Shown: positions 1-10,217 of the stretch, piece after piece
Layout: each line of letters opens with the position of its first letter
Position numbering within the stretch: position 1 is the first letter of the stretch
Assembly: GCA_002633005.1 (NCBI GenBank)
Contig: NMRA01000545.1
Coordinates: 155,690 to 219,689 of the forward strand
Direction of reading: 5' to 3'
DNA from: Phoronis australis
Lineage: Eukaryota; Animalia; Phoronida
DNA: 64,000 nucleotides
The notes under the pieces: model-generated
Database searches by the model: none
Seen by the model: only the letters and a program-made list of their open reading frames with translations
What the model was told of the DNA's origin: nothing
Program-made: the position numbers and the translations under genes

Positions 1-225
1 ATCAGTGTTCCTTTGGGCTATGATCATAGATCCTCTGACTTCAATCACCTTGTATGAATTATTTTCATATGTTGTAGACAACTTATCTGTCTGCTGTTGC
101 TTCAAAAGCACACTATCACCTATACTTATCCTAGCAGGTTTCACACGCAATTTCTTATCACCATGCTTTTTCATAATCCCTTTGGATTTTGCATTCTTTA
201 GTATCACACGTGTATCACACAGGTA

Positions 226-804
226 TTATTCAACATTTGGGAACTTAATGGAAAATTCCTTTCCAAACAACAATTGAGCAGGTGATTTACCTGTGGTTGA
301 ATGAGGGGTTACACGATAACTACGTAGGAATCTATGCAATCCTTGTTTCCATGGCAATCCATCTTGGCCTGATTTCACCAAAGCATTTTTCAATGGTTGC
401 ATAAAGCGTTCAACTTCACCATTGGCTCTGGGCCACAGTTGTGAAATCTTCCTGTGTTTGAAACCATAATGCTTTGCAAAATCTTTGAACATTTTTCCAT
501 TAAAGGGGTGTTAATTATCCGTTAGCAGAATATCAGATATTCCGAACACGGAGAATACATTGTCGAGCTCTGGAATGACGGTATTCGCAGACGTTGAACG
601 TACAGTTTCAACAACTGGGTATCTGGCGTAATCGTCCATAATCACCATCAGGTATTCACCATTTGGAAACGGTCCAGTGAAATCAAGACTTATAGACTCG
701 GACCATGGTTTCTCAGGTAATTCAGACATTTTCTGTGGCTCATAATGTTGCTTACTGTCAGCAACTTCGCAAGACGCACACTGACTGATCATATGTTCAA
801 CCAC
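226..804 (-). pseudogene. Gypsy integrase (CxxC zinc motif plus rve DDE core), frameshifted
   Basis: ORFs 511-804 (CASC, SLDFTGPFP, DDYARYP) and 226-492 (NGEVERF, YRVTPHSTTG). Confidence 0.9.
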
Positions 805-1116
805 GCACCAAGAATTTCATTTTTACCATACCTTGACGACCTTCATGAGCAGGTGAAAGCGCCCTCTGTTGTAGAGATTTTGACATCACTAATTTCACAC
901 CGCGCAACGCAATATTATTATCAGGGTATACAGAGAGTTTTTCCTACAAGCTGGAATGATTTCAGAGTGTTCAAATCAACATATGAACTTGGTTCTCTGT
1001 GCCATGTGTTGTTCACAATTTTTTAATAACAAATTGGAGCGTATCATCTTCTTTGGTTGCGTCAGCAATTTCTTCTTTCGTGAGAGCCTTCGGAATTGTA
1101 TGGTCAAGAATAAAGT

Positions 1117-1548
1117 TCACGTATTCTTCAGCAACTTTCGCATTCCGAGGTGATTTCTGATTCGGTAGCGGGTGTCGCGATAATAATCAGCAGGATTACC
1201 AACTCTTGGTCGGTACACAATTTTACAGTTATAGGGTTCTAATCTGAGAGCCCACCTTTGAACTCTAGCAGTCGCTTTAGATTTTGAATTTTTCCAAATT
1301 CTCTCAGCAGCTTGATTGTCGGTATAAGCTGTGAATGGATTTCCATATAAGTACAAATGGAAATGTTCGGCACTCCAAACAACGGCAAGAGCTTCACGCT
1401 CTGTTTGTGAGTAGCGTTGTTCAGTATCAATGAGTGCTCTTGATCCGTAACTGATAACTTTGGCATTTTGTGTCAAGATACCACAGAGACCGACTGGACT
1501 GGCGTCGACATACAGTTCAGTATTCCTATCAGGATCAAAGTACGCCAT
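1117..1548 (-). pseudogene. Gypsy RNase H domain
   Basis: VDASPVG, EQRYSQTEREALA, YTDNQA, RVQRWALRL, NPADY motifs. Confidence 0.9.
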
Positions 1549-1599
1549 GCACTGGTCACCTATGAGTATGTCAGGGAATGTTTCATGTAGTTTTTGTGT

Positions 1600-2557
1600 T
1601 CATCAGTCGAATATCAGCTAACATCTCGCTCAGTCAACTATCTCAATGGGTGAGTGTAAGCAGTGCATAACCAGGGATAAATATGGACAGACATGTTGTC
1701 ATCCCTAGGAAACTTTTCAGTTCCGTGGAACTTTTCGGGCAACTAGCAGCTTTTAGTGCCTCAACCTTTTTTGGTCAGGCAGAATTCCATCTGCAGAGAA
1801 TATGTGTCCATAAAAAGACAAATATGACTGTCCGAATTTGCATTTTGCCTCATTCAGTTTCAGACCTTTTTCTCGAAGCCTGTTGAGTACAGCTCTTAGA
1901 TTTTCATCATGCTGTTTTATGGTTTAACCGAAGACAATAATGTCATCGCTGAAATTTCGGGTACCGTTCAGACCTTGCAATACTTGTTCAGTGCAATTCT
2001 GAAAAATTTCAGCCGCGGAGCAGATTCAGCCTTTTGTAACGCATAAGGCCTACATTTGTCGAGAATGTCGTAATTTGACGACTATCAGGGTGCACTTTTA
2101 GTTGATGATAACCAGCTTTTAAGTCAAGCTTTGAGAAAATAGTTGCAACGTTAAAATCGTGCACAATGTCATCAGTTGTGGGAGTCACGTGTCTCTTGCG
2201 TTTTATAGCTTGGTTTGCAAGTCTCATATCAATGCATAGACGAGCCTGATCAGAATCATATTTTGGGACCACAACTAATTGTGAAACCCAAGGTGTCGGT
2301 TCTTCTGGAACTCTTTCAATAATGTGCTGCTCGACCAATGTTTTAAGTTCTTTCTTCACTTTCTTTCGCATATGGAAAGGAATCCGTCTGTGTGGTTGAA
2401 CTTGCAGTTTTACATCTTTGTCTAATATGAGCAGTTTTACTTGGTAGTCTTTCAGTATCCCGATTCCACCAACAACATCCTGATACTCAGACTTTATATC
2501 TGACAAGTTCTTTGCAACATGAATGAGGTCTACGCACGTGTCGTATCCAAGCAACAT
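1600..2557 (-). pseudogene. Gypsy reverse transcriptase, disrupted
   Basis: ORF 2009-2557 carries RT motifs; an NFSDDIIV-type catalytic motif follows out of frame near 1960-1930. Confidence 0.88.
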
Positions 2558-2849
2558 TGACTCAATATCTCTTTGTCGACATTTTCGAACTCACAATCAA
2601 TGTTGGGAAAGACATCTTAGTCTGGTTGTGTATAAGTCCTCCCCAGGCTTTTGTTTTGTCTCTCTTGAACATTTTTTTTTGGTTCAGTGCTCAGTTAATT
2701 TTTTCTTTGCGCTGGTGAATGTTTCCTCATCCGTTTTGAGAGTGTCAAAAATGTCCATTACGCTCTCGCCGGCGCAATGTAACATCAATGCTAATTTTCT
2801 GGCCTCGTTTTTATATCACGTAAAAACAGTAGTATAGTAAGTCATTTAG

Positions 2850-3142
2850 GAGTCTCATTTTGCGGCTCCTCGGGTCAAAGGTCATGGATCAAAGGCGAAA
2901 GGTCAAAGGTCAAGTGTCACGAGTGCAAACGGAAGTGACGTCATCCGCCTACAGGAAGGAAGTGTCAATGACGTCATACTTCATTACGTAATATGTTTAA
3001 TTAGAACCTCATACCTCATTATGTAATACGTTTAATTGGACCCGTTAGAGAGGCACTAAGGCCAAGGTCATACGTGTAACCGGAAGGTAAACCGGAAGCT
3101 CGAATTGGAAATCACGTGACTGCTGAACAGGAAGGTTAGGGC
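2850..3142. promoter_or_regulatory. Polinton terminal region rich in transcription-factor-like motifs
   Basis: Repeated GGTCAAAGGTCA, TGACGTCA (x2), CGGAAG (x3) and TCACGTGA within 300 bp of the terminus; function is inferred. Confidence 0.4.
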
Positions 3143-4333
3143 GTGGCACCGTGCATAACCCGGATGTTCTGACCCTAAAAAGACGTTGTGTTTCTTCAAC
3201 AAAGTAGGGATGACGCTGCTGCCAAGAACAAAACTTATTTCGTGTCCCCCCAATGAAGTGAGTGTCGTCGTTATATATTGTTTGTTCGCGTATAAACCAA
3301 AAAAGATGATAATCACCCAACTCAACAACAGATGTCGCGTATAACTATCCAAGGTACGGACGGAACTAAACGAATCGTACTTATATTACTAATAAGATGC
3401 GACCAGCTAAAACAGAGCGAAAAACTGATAGGATTTAAACTTGTATTAATAACAGTACATTCCAATACACTACGAAATTTATCCAGACGTTCAGACACCG
3501 TTACCCGTACCAGTTGTCAATTATTAAGACCCAATTATTAAATGTCCGGGCTCTTCAGATTAATTGTGTACTGGATGACTTACATTTCTTGTATAACTTT
3601 TCCATAAAGTCTGGGCTGACACATAGATTACTGTATACAGGGTCAATAAAGTGCAATTCGAATACGTATAATTCTAATCCTTCTGCTTTAATAACATTCC
3701 GGATCTTTTCAGAACTTTCGAAAGTCAAATGCCTTTCTTTATACTCGATGCATGACCTGCATTTTGAACCAACCTACGCGTACATGCCACATCAATTATT
3801 TATTGTCTATGTACATTAACGAGGCTACTCACTTCGTATATAAAAAACCTCAAACGCCGGAGATATTAGGAAACTGAGTTGAGATTTGACGGAGTCTACA
3901 ACCTGCAAACCATTCCGAGATCAGAGTTTGCAAGTTAGCGGTTAGTTATCATTTTCTTAACTCTTAACTTTACAATTTTTTTTTAAATTTTGTTGGTGCT
4001 CGATCCTTTGTTGTTTTTTGATCAACCGTCTATGTTTGATATCCAAGATTTTATATTCTTTTTTATTTTTTTATTTTTTTTTATTTTGTAGATTATCCAT
4101 CCTCTGAAGTTGTCTAAAATTTCTGGACCAACACTACCTCTGTGGTAAGTTTAACATAAATAATTCCGATTATTCCAATATTTTTTATTTTCTTTTTCCA
4201 TAACCAAACATTAACACACGTCAACAACCAATATCACAAATTCAATCTAATAATCTCCGTAGCTTAAATACATAGAGGTTACAATGGGCGTTCACACCTT
4301 GAATATATATGTATATACATGTACGAATCGCGA

Positions 4334-4786
4334 TTACATTAATTCGTTCACAAATTCCGAAACACAGAGATCGTTAGTTTTAGTGTCTTTATCAAACAAA
4401 TTCGCGATAAAGTCCATGCTCCATCCTCGGCAACGATACAACAAATAAAATATACAAGATCGTCCACAAACTGTCGACGAAAGTCCCTGGAGTTGTCTGG
4501 TCTGAGTTGTGCATCCCTTCGTATTCTTGTCCAGAAAATCTCGCAAGTGGTCCGATAGCGGTCCCAAGCCGTACGAGTCAAAATATTCTCCTTTTCCATC
4601 CTGGGTTAGATAAATAGCCACCCAGTGTGTTCCAGGTTTGTGGCTAGGATCGTAGTTGCAAACGTAAGCATGCGGATGTGAAACGACACAAAGGTTACAC
4701 AATTCATCACTTGTAAGACAACCGCCAAAGACCGGTCCCACAAAGTCATCGGTTTCTAGAATTGCAGTAATCTGGTCAGTCCTCAT
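4334..4786 (-). CDS. Polinton adenain-like cysteine protease (maturation protease), open frame
   Basis: GTHWVA (His), YFDSYG (Asp), QLQ (oxyanion Gln), TVCG (Cys); ATG overlaps the capsid stop (ATGA). Confidence 0.88.
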   Translation of the reverse strand: MRTDQITAILETDDFVGPVFGGCLTSDELCNLCVVSHPHAYVCNYDPSHKPGTHWVAIYLTQDGKGEYFDSYGLGPLSDHLRDFLDKNTKGCTTQTRQLQGLSSTVCGRSCIFYLLYRCRGWSMDFIANLFDKDTKTNDLCVSEFVNELM

Positions 4787-6092
4787 GGTGTGAAATCAAA
4801 CAAGACGTTTCTAGCTCTGTCAATTTCCACAATGTTCTCAAACTCGGCATAAGAAACGGCGTTTATGGTAGAAGGCAGCGCCGATGCGAAATGAACTTCC
4901 AAGAGGAGGTTTCCTTGTTTTATGAGATTAAAGTGACCCCCCCATCCGGGGTCAGATCAAAAGCAAACAGCGTGTTGCCACTGGCATAATCCAGACGTCC
5001 TATGTCGTTGCCTTCGTCCTCGTAATTCTGTCCCGTTCCCGAAAACAAGGTCGTGAAAGCTCTAACGAACCTAGATTGGTCAAATTTCGGTTGTAGTGGT
5101 TTAGAAGGGACTTGCACTCCATCGACGTAAAGAGAGAGATAATTGATGTTGTAATGTTTAAAGTTGAAAGGGTTCTTGGCGTACGATCCATTGTAGGCGT
5201 CTGTATCACAAAAGCCAACAATATTAAGCCTTGGTCACAACCCGCCGTACGTGCAAGTGCGTGCTGTCTACGTGTAAAAACGTGGGGGAAATTTGGCGAT
5301 CCGTACGTGGCAAGTACGGCCTCCGTGCGTTTTGGTGAATACGCAGGAGAACGCAGACACGACGTAGCACTTTTAGTGCATGCAGAACTTTCTCTGCGTG
5401 CAAGCTGCGTTCGCATTACAGCACTTACACCTTACGGGTGACGTGCGTTGACGTACGTCCTCCCTGCGCTTGCCACTCCCTACTCACGTTTTCAGAAAAA
5501 CGTGGTGCCCGTGGCGTCCGCAGAAAACGTACGAACAATAAACACGCACGGCGGGTTGTGACCATAGCTTTCGGAATTTGACCTAAAAACAAATTCTCCT
5601 GCGTCACAGACAAATGTCCGGCTGGGATGGAAAGCACCTTCCATTCGACGCGTCGCAGAGGGTACTTCACGGTGCTTTTCTCGAGGGCCTTTATGTGTGC
5701 TAGCTGTACAGTAGGGCTGAGTTTCACTTTCCTGACGAATAAGTGTTGGTTGAAGGAGAAATCAATTTTTCGTTCAGAGAGATGTCGACTTGACTGAGCA
5801 TCGAATGTAGCCATAAGTTGGTAGGGGCACAGTCGGCATCCGCAGCGACATTCGATCCAACCGCGTTGGTTATTTTTGCCCTGACGTAAAATTCTGTGTT
5901 TGCCAAATCCACGTATTCGTCACCTGAACCAGAGACAAAAAATTCGTGCAGCGGCCCGTAGTCCTTGACGCTGGAGATGGGGTTGTGTTCCACCCACTGA
6001 CCGTGTTCAATGCTTGTCTGAGTTGGAGGCACGGCAAACAAATCGAGCTCACGTTTAACACACTCACAAGACTTGTCGTGTACGAAAGCCAT
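4783..6092 (-). pseudogene. Polinton major capsid protein (double jelly roll), left copy, disrupted
   Basis: MAFVHDKSCECVKRELDLFAVPPTQTSIE N-terminus; LFVRKVKLSP, YPLRRVE, LFAFDLTP; interrupted by a MITE and a ~330-bp deletion at ~5742. Confidence 0.9.
5226..5570. mobile_element. MITE inserted in the left capsid gene
   Basis: TIRs aagccttggtcacaacccgccgt / acggcgggttgtgaccatagctt; absent from the right arm, where caaattccaaagagagttactgttggc is contiguous. Confidence 0.85.
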
Positions 6093-6093
6093 C

Positions 6094-6508
6094 CTAAGAA
6101 AAGATGTCTCTGCCGTGCGATGTTGCTCTTTTCTTCCCCCTGTTTGAACTAACTCTTTTGGATGATATTCTACGTTTTATAGCCTTGTGAGACGTACCCG
6201 GAGGGCGTGCACCAACAAACGAGGAAGCTTTGTTCAACAACTCTCCCGCAGCGTTCCTGGACCGTTCTACGGCGGCTGTTTTTGCATTTTTCCCTTGCAA
6301 CAAGTCACGCGCAAAGTCAGTTCCAATTCCAATTGAGCAGGGGTAGGGCTGAACGAAACAGTCCCCCTATAACGGAACCAATGCCGTGCCCCCTTTGCGT
6401 GCGAGCACCCACGAAAACCGGAAGACCGCTCCCCGATTGGACGGTGTAGTAGTCGTCGTAGAGGTGGCGGTTGCTTTCGGAGCTACATAATTTTTTAGAT
6501 CGTCTCAT
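6094..6508 (-). pseudogene. Polinton basic core protein (adenovirus pX/pVII-like), frameshifted
   Basis: YYTVQSGSGLPVFVGARTQRGHGIGSVIGGLFRSALP (adenain-type cleavage sites plus amphipathic helix) and K/R-rich tail ending RDIFS, directly upstream of the capsid gene. Confidence 0.75.
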
Positions 6509-6577
6509 CTTGTGTTGAGCACAGCTGCCTCTTGTAAAATGAGGGTTCGCGGCTTATTCAATATCTTTAATGGGTTG

Positions 6578-6738
6578 TTAAAAATAGGAAGAACGGGCAC
6601 GTCTTAGAGCGAGAGTGACCACCACCTTGCCACGATTGAACGGAATGACATAGCCCACATCGTCACGAATGTCAATTTCAATGGTACCGAAGTGATTTCG
6701 TTGTAGCGGTTTGAACTGAATTGTCTCAAAAACACGAA
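6578..6738 (-). pseudogene. C-terminal fragment of Polinton minor capsid (penton) gene
   Basis: FKPLQRNHFGTIEIDIRDDVGYVIPFNRGKVVVTLALRR resembles Polinton penton C-termini; cut at the foldback junction. Confidence 0.78.
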
Positions 6739-7094
6739 CTATACCGTCCAATCGGGGAGCGGTCTTCCCATTTCCGTGGCCGCTCGCACGCAAAGGGGGC
6801 ACGGCATTGGTTCCGTCATAGGGGGATTGTTTCGTTCAGCCCTACCCCTGCTCAATTGGAATTGGAATTGACTTTGCGGGTGACTTGTTGCAAGGGAAAA
6901 ATGCAAAAACAGCCGCCGTAGAACGGTCCAGGAAGGCTGCGGGAGAGTTGTTGAACAAGGCTTCCTCGTTTGTTGGTGCACGCCCTCCGGGTACGCCTCA
7001 CAAGGCTATAAAACGTAGAATATCATCCAAAAGAGTTAGTTCAAACAGGGGGAAGAAAAGAGCAACATCGCAACGCAGAGACATCTTTTCTTAG
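6739..7094 (+). pseudogene. Polinton core protein, right copy, 5'-truncated and frameshifted
   Basis: Mirror of 6094-6449; QRGHGIGS and LQGKNAK...RRDIFS. Confidence 0.75.
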
Positions 7095-7095
7095 G

Positions 7096-8331
7096 ATGGC
7101 TTTCGTACACGACAAGTCTTGTGAGTGAGTTAAAAGTGAGCTCGATTTGTTTGCAGTGCCTCCTACTCAGTCAAGCATTGAACACGGTCAGTGGGTTGAA
7201 CACAACGCCATCTCCAGCGTCAAGGACTACGGGCCGCTGCAATTTTTTGTCTCTGGTTCGGGTGGCAAATACAGAATTTTACGTCAGGGCAAAAATAACC
7301 AACGCGGATGGATCGGATGTCGCTGCGGATGCCGACTGTGCCCCTACCAACTTATGGCTACATTCGATGCTCAGTCAAGTCGACATCTCTCTGAGCCCGC
7401 TACTTGGAAACATTGTTGTCTTACGGCAGCGAGGCCAAAAACGGACATTTGACTGCAGCGCTATGGTACAAGGATACGAGCGAGAAATTTGACACCCTAA
7501 CCGACGTTAACTTAGGATACAAGACGCGTAAAACTTTCGCGGCAGGAAGCGTTACCATTGACATGAAAGGGAAACTCCAAAATGACATATTTATGCAAGA
7601 CAGATACCTACTCAACAACGTTGACATAAAGATAAGATTGGTGCGAAGCAAGAACTCGTTCGCCGTCATGTCACCGACAGCAGGTGCGAGTTTGAAAATC
7701 AAGATCCAGGACGCCGCCTTATTCGTCAGGAAAGTGAAACTCAGCCCTACTGTACAGCTAGTACACATAAAGGCCCTCGAGAAAAGCACCGCGAAATACC
7801 CTCTGCGACGCGTCGAATGCAAGGTGTTTTCCATCCCAGCCGGACATTTGTCTGTGACGCAGGAGAATTTGTTTTTAGGTCAAATTCCAAAGAGAGTTAC
7901 TGTTGGCTTTTGTGATGCAGACGCCTACAATGGATCGTACGCCAAGAACCCTTTCAACCTTAAACATTACAACATCAATTATCTCTCTCTTTACGTCGAT
8001 GGAGTGAAAGTCCCTTCTAAACCACTACAACCGAAATTTGACCAATCTAGGTTCGTTAGAGCTTTCACGAACGGGACAGAATTACGAGGACGAAGGCAAC
8101 GACATAGGACGTCTGGATTATGCCGGTGGCAACACACTGTTTGCTTTTGATCTGACCCCTAACTTATCGGATGGGGGTCACTTTAATCTCATAAAACAAG
8201 GAAACCTCCGCTTGGAAGTTCATTTCGCATCGGCGCTGTCTTCTACCATAAACGCCGTTTCTTATGCCGAGTTTGAGAACATTGTGGAAATTGACAGAGC
8301 TAGAAACGTCTTGTTTGATTTCACACCATGA
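7096..8331 (+). pseudogene. Polinton major capsid protein, right copy, frameshifted
   Basis: ATG at 7096; ORFs 7147-7452, 7404-8150 (ETLLSYG, DIFMQDRYLLNNVDIKIRL, NPFNLKHY) and 8038-8331 (GNLRLEVHF, YAEFENIVEID). Confidence 0.92.
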
Positions 8332-8778
8332 GGACTCATCAGATTACTACAATTCGAGAAGCCGATGACTTTGTGGGACCGGTCTTAAGCGGTTGTCTTG
8401 CAAGTGATGAATTGTGTAACCTTTGTGTCGTTTCACATCCGCCTTCTTACGTTTGTAACTACGATCTTAGCCACAAACCTGGAACACACTGGGTGGCTAT
8501 TTATGTAACCCAGGATGGAAAAGCAGAATATTTTGACTCGTACGGCTTGGGACCGCTATCGGACCACTTGCGAGATTTTCTGGACAAGAATACGAAGGGA
8601 TGGACAACTCAGACCAGACAACTCCAGGGACTTTCGTCGACAGTTTGTGGACAATCTTGTATATTTTATTTGTTGTATCGTTGCCGAGGATGGAGCATGG
8701 ACTTTATCGCGATTTTTTGATAAAGACACTTAAACTAACGATCTCTGTGTTTCGGAATTTGTGAACGGATTAATGTAA
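8328..8778 (+). pseudogene. Polinton adenain protease, right copy, C-terminal frameshift
   Basis: Same catalytic motifs as the left copy; frame is lost near 8712. Confidence 0.87.
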
Positions 8779-10217
8779 TCGCGACTCGTACATGTATATA
8801 CATATATATTCAAGGTGTGAACGCCCATTGTAACCTCTATGTATTTAAGCTACGGAGATTATTAGATTGAATTTGTGATATTGGTTTTTGACGTGTGTTA
8901 ATGTTTGGTTATGGAAAAAGAAAATAAAAAATATTGGAATAATCGGAATTATTTATGTTAAACTTACGACAGAGGTAGTGTTGGTCCAGAAATTTTAGAC
9001 AACTTCAGAGGATGGATAATCTACAAAATAAAAAAAATAAAGAAAGAAAAAAAGAATATAAAATCTTGCATATCAAATATAGACGGTTGATCAAACAACA
9101 ACAAAGGATCGAGCACCAACGAAATTTCTAAAAAAATTGTAAAGTGAAGAGTTAAGAAAATGATAACTAACCGCTAACTTGCAAACTCTGATCTCGGAAT
9201 GGTTTGCAGGTTGTAGACTCCGTCAAATCTCAACTCAGTTTCCTAATATCTCCGGCGTTTGAGGTTTTTTATATACGAAGTGAGTAGCCTCGTTAATGTA
9301 CATAGACAATAAATAATTGATGTGGCATGTACGCGTAGGTTGGTTCAAAATGCAGGTCATGCATCGAGTATAAAGAAAGGCATTTGACTTTCGAAAGTTC
9401 TGAAAAGATCCGGAATGTTATTAAAGCAGAAGGATTAGAATTATACGTATTCGAATTGCACTTTATTGACCCTGTATACAGTAATCTATGTGTCAGCCCA
9501 GACTTTATGGAAAAGTTATACAAGAAATGTAAGTCATCCAGTATACAATTAATCTGAAGAGCCCGGACATTTAATAATTGGGTCTTAATAATTGACAACT
9601 GGTACGGGTAACGGTGTCTGAACGTCTGGATAAATTTCGTAGTGTATTGGAATGTACTGTTATTAATACAAGTTTAAATCCTATCAGTTTTTCGCTCTGT
9701 TTTAGCTGGTCGCATCTTATTAGTAATATAAGTACGATTCGTTTAGTTCCGTCCGTACCTTGGATAGTTATACGCGACATCTGTTGTTGAGTTGGGTGAT
9801 TATCATCTTTTTTGGTTTATACGCGAACAAACAATATATAACGACGACACTCACTTCATTGGGGGGACACGAAATAAGTTTTGTTCTTGGCAGCAGCGTC
9901 ATCCCTACTTTGTTGAAGAAACACAACGTCTTTTTAGGGTCAGAACATCCGGGTTATGAACGGTGCCACTACTAAAAAGCACATACTCCATATTAGGTCC
10001 TCTAAATATCTTAATTGTCAGTGTAAATATACTGTGTGTATTCATGACAAAACGTTTTTATTTCATATGAATTAGGTTTTCGCCCGATTTTGTTGTAAAT
10101 CGCACCGTTGCATTTCCGGCCAAACACAGCACTTGCTGTATCAAAGACGGTCTCTGGCTGTAGGCCTACTCTGTAAAAACGACATCTGAAGGAAGGTTAC
10201 AAAATCGAGAAAATGCG

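Larger units (their letters stand above)
1..2827 (-). mobile_element. Decayed Ty3/Gypsy LTR retrotransposon internal region (gag fragment, RT, RNase H, integrase)
   Basis: Minus-strand ORF pieces in Gypsy order: gag-like ARKLALMLHCAGESVMDIF (~2810-2740); RT PTPWVSQLVVVPK..RLCIDMR..FSKLDLKAGYHQL; RNase H LYVDASPVG..YSQTEREALAVVW; integrase SLDFTGP..LTDNGP..WPRANGEVERF..YRVTPHSTTGKSPA. Frameshifts, stops and a gag-protease deletion are present. Confidence 0.93.
3143..6449. repeat. Left arm of ~3.3-kb inverted repeat
   Basis: Reverse complement of 6739-9969; the ORF track shows mirrored near-identical ORFs (3332-3541/9571-9780, 3514-3819/9293-9598, 6094-6303/6885-7094). Confidence 0.97.
6739..9969. 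repeat. Right arm of ~3.3-kb inverted repeat
   Basis: Begins ctataccgtccaatcggggagc (mirror of ~6428-6449) and ends cggtgccac (mirror of 3143-3151). Confidence 0.97.
2828..9973. mobile_element. Non-autonomous palindromic (foldback) Polinton/Maverick (adintovirus-like) element
   Basis: Starts AGTAGT (2828-2833) and ends ACTACT (9968-9973); flanked by aaaaac and aaaaag (5/6 match, TSD-like); carries capsid, adenain and core-protein genes in mirror image. Confidence 0.88.

Noticed and set aside
3045-3819. Short ORFs in the Polinton subterminal region and their mirrors at 9293-9975
   Set aside because: They have non-ATG starts and no recognisable motifs; their recurrence only reflects the inverted repeat.
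5000-5814. ORFs of 109-138 aa as novel viral genes
   Set aside because: They are chimeric read-throughs across the MITE and the broken capsid gene.
3143-9969. Palindrome as a pure assembly or amplification chimera
   Set aside because: The arms differ by many substitutions, private deletions and a MITE, whereas a technical foldback would be near-identical. Read-level confirmation is still needed.
2828-9973. Complete autonomous Polinton with very long TIRs
   Set aside because: There is no polymerase, integrase or ATPase, and the inverted arms include structural genes.
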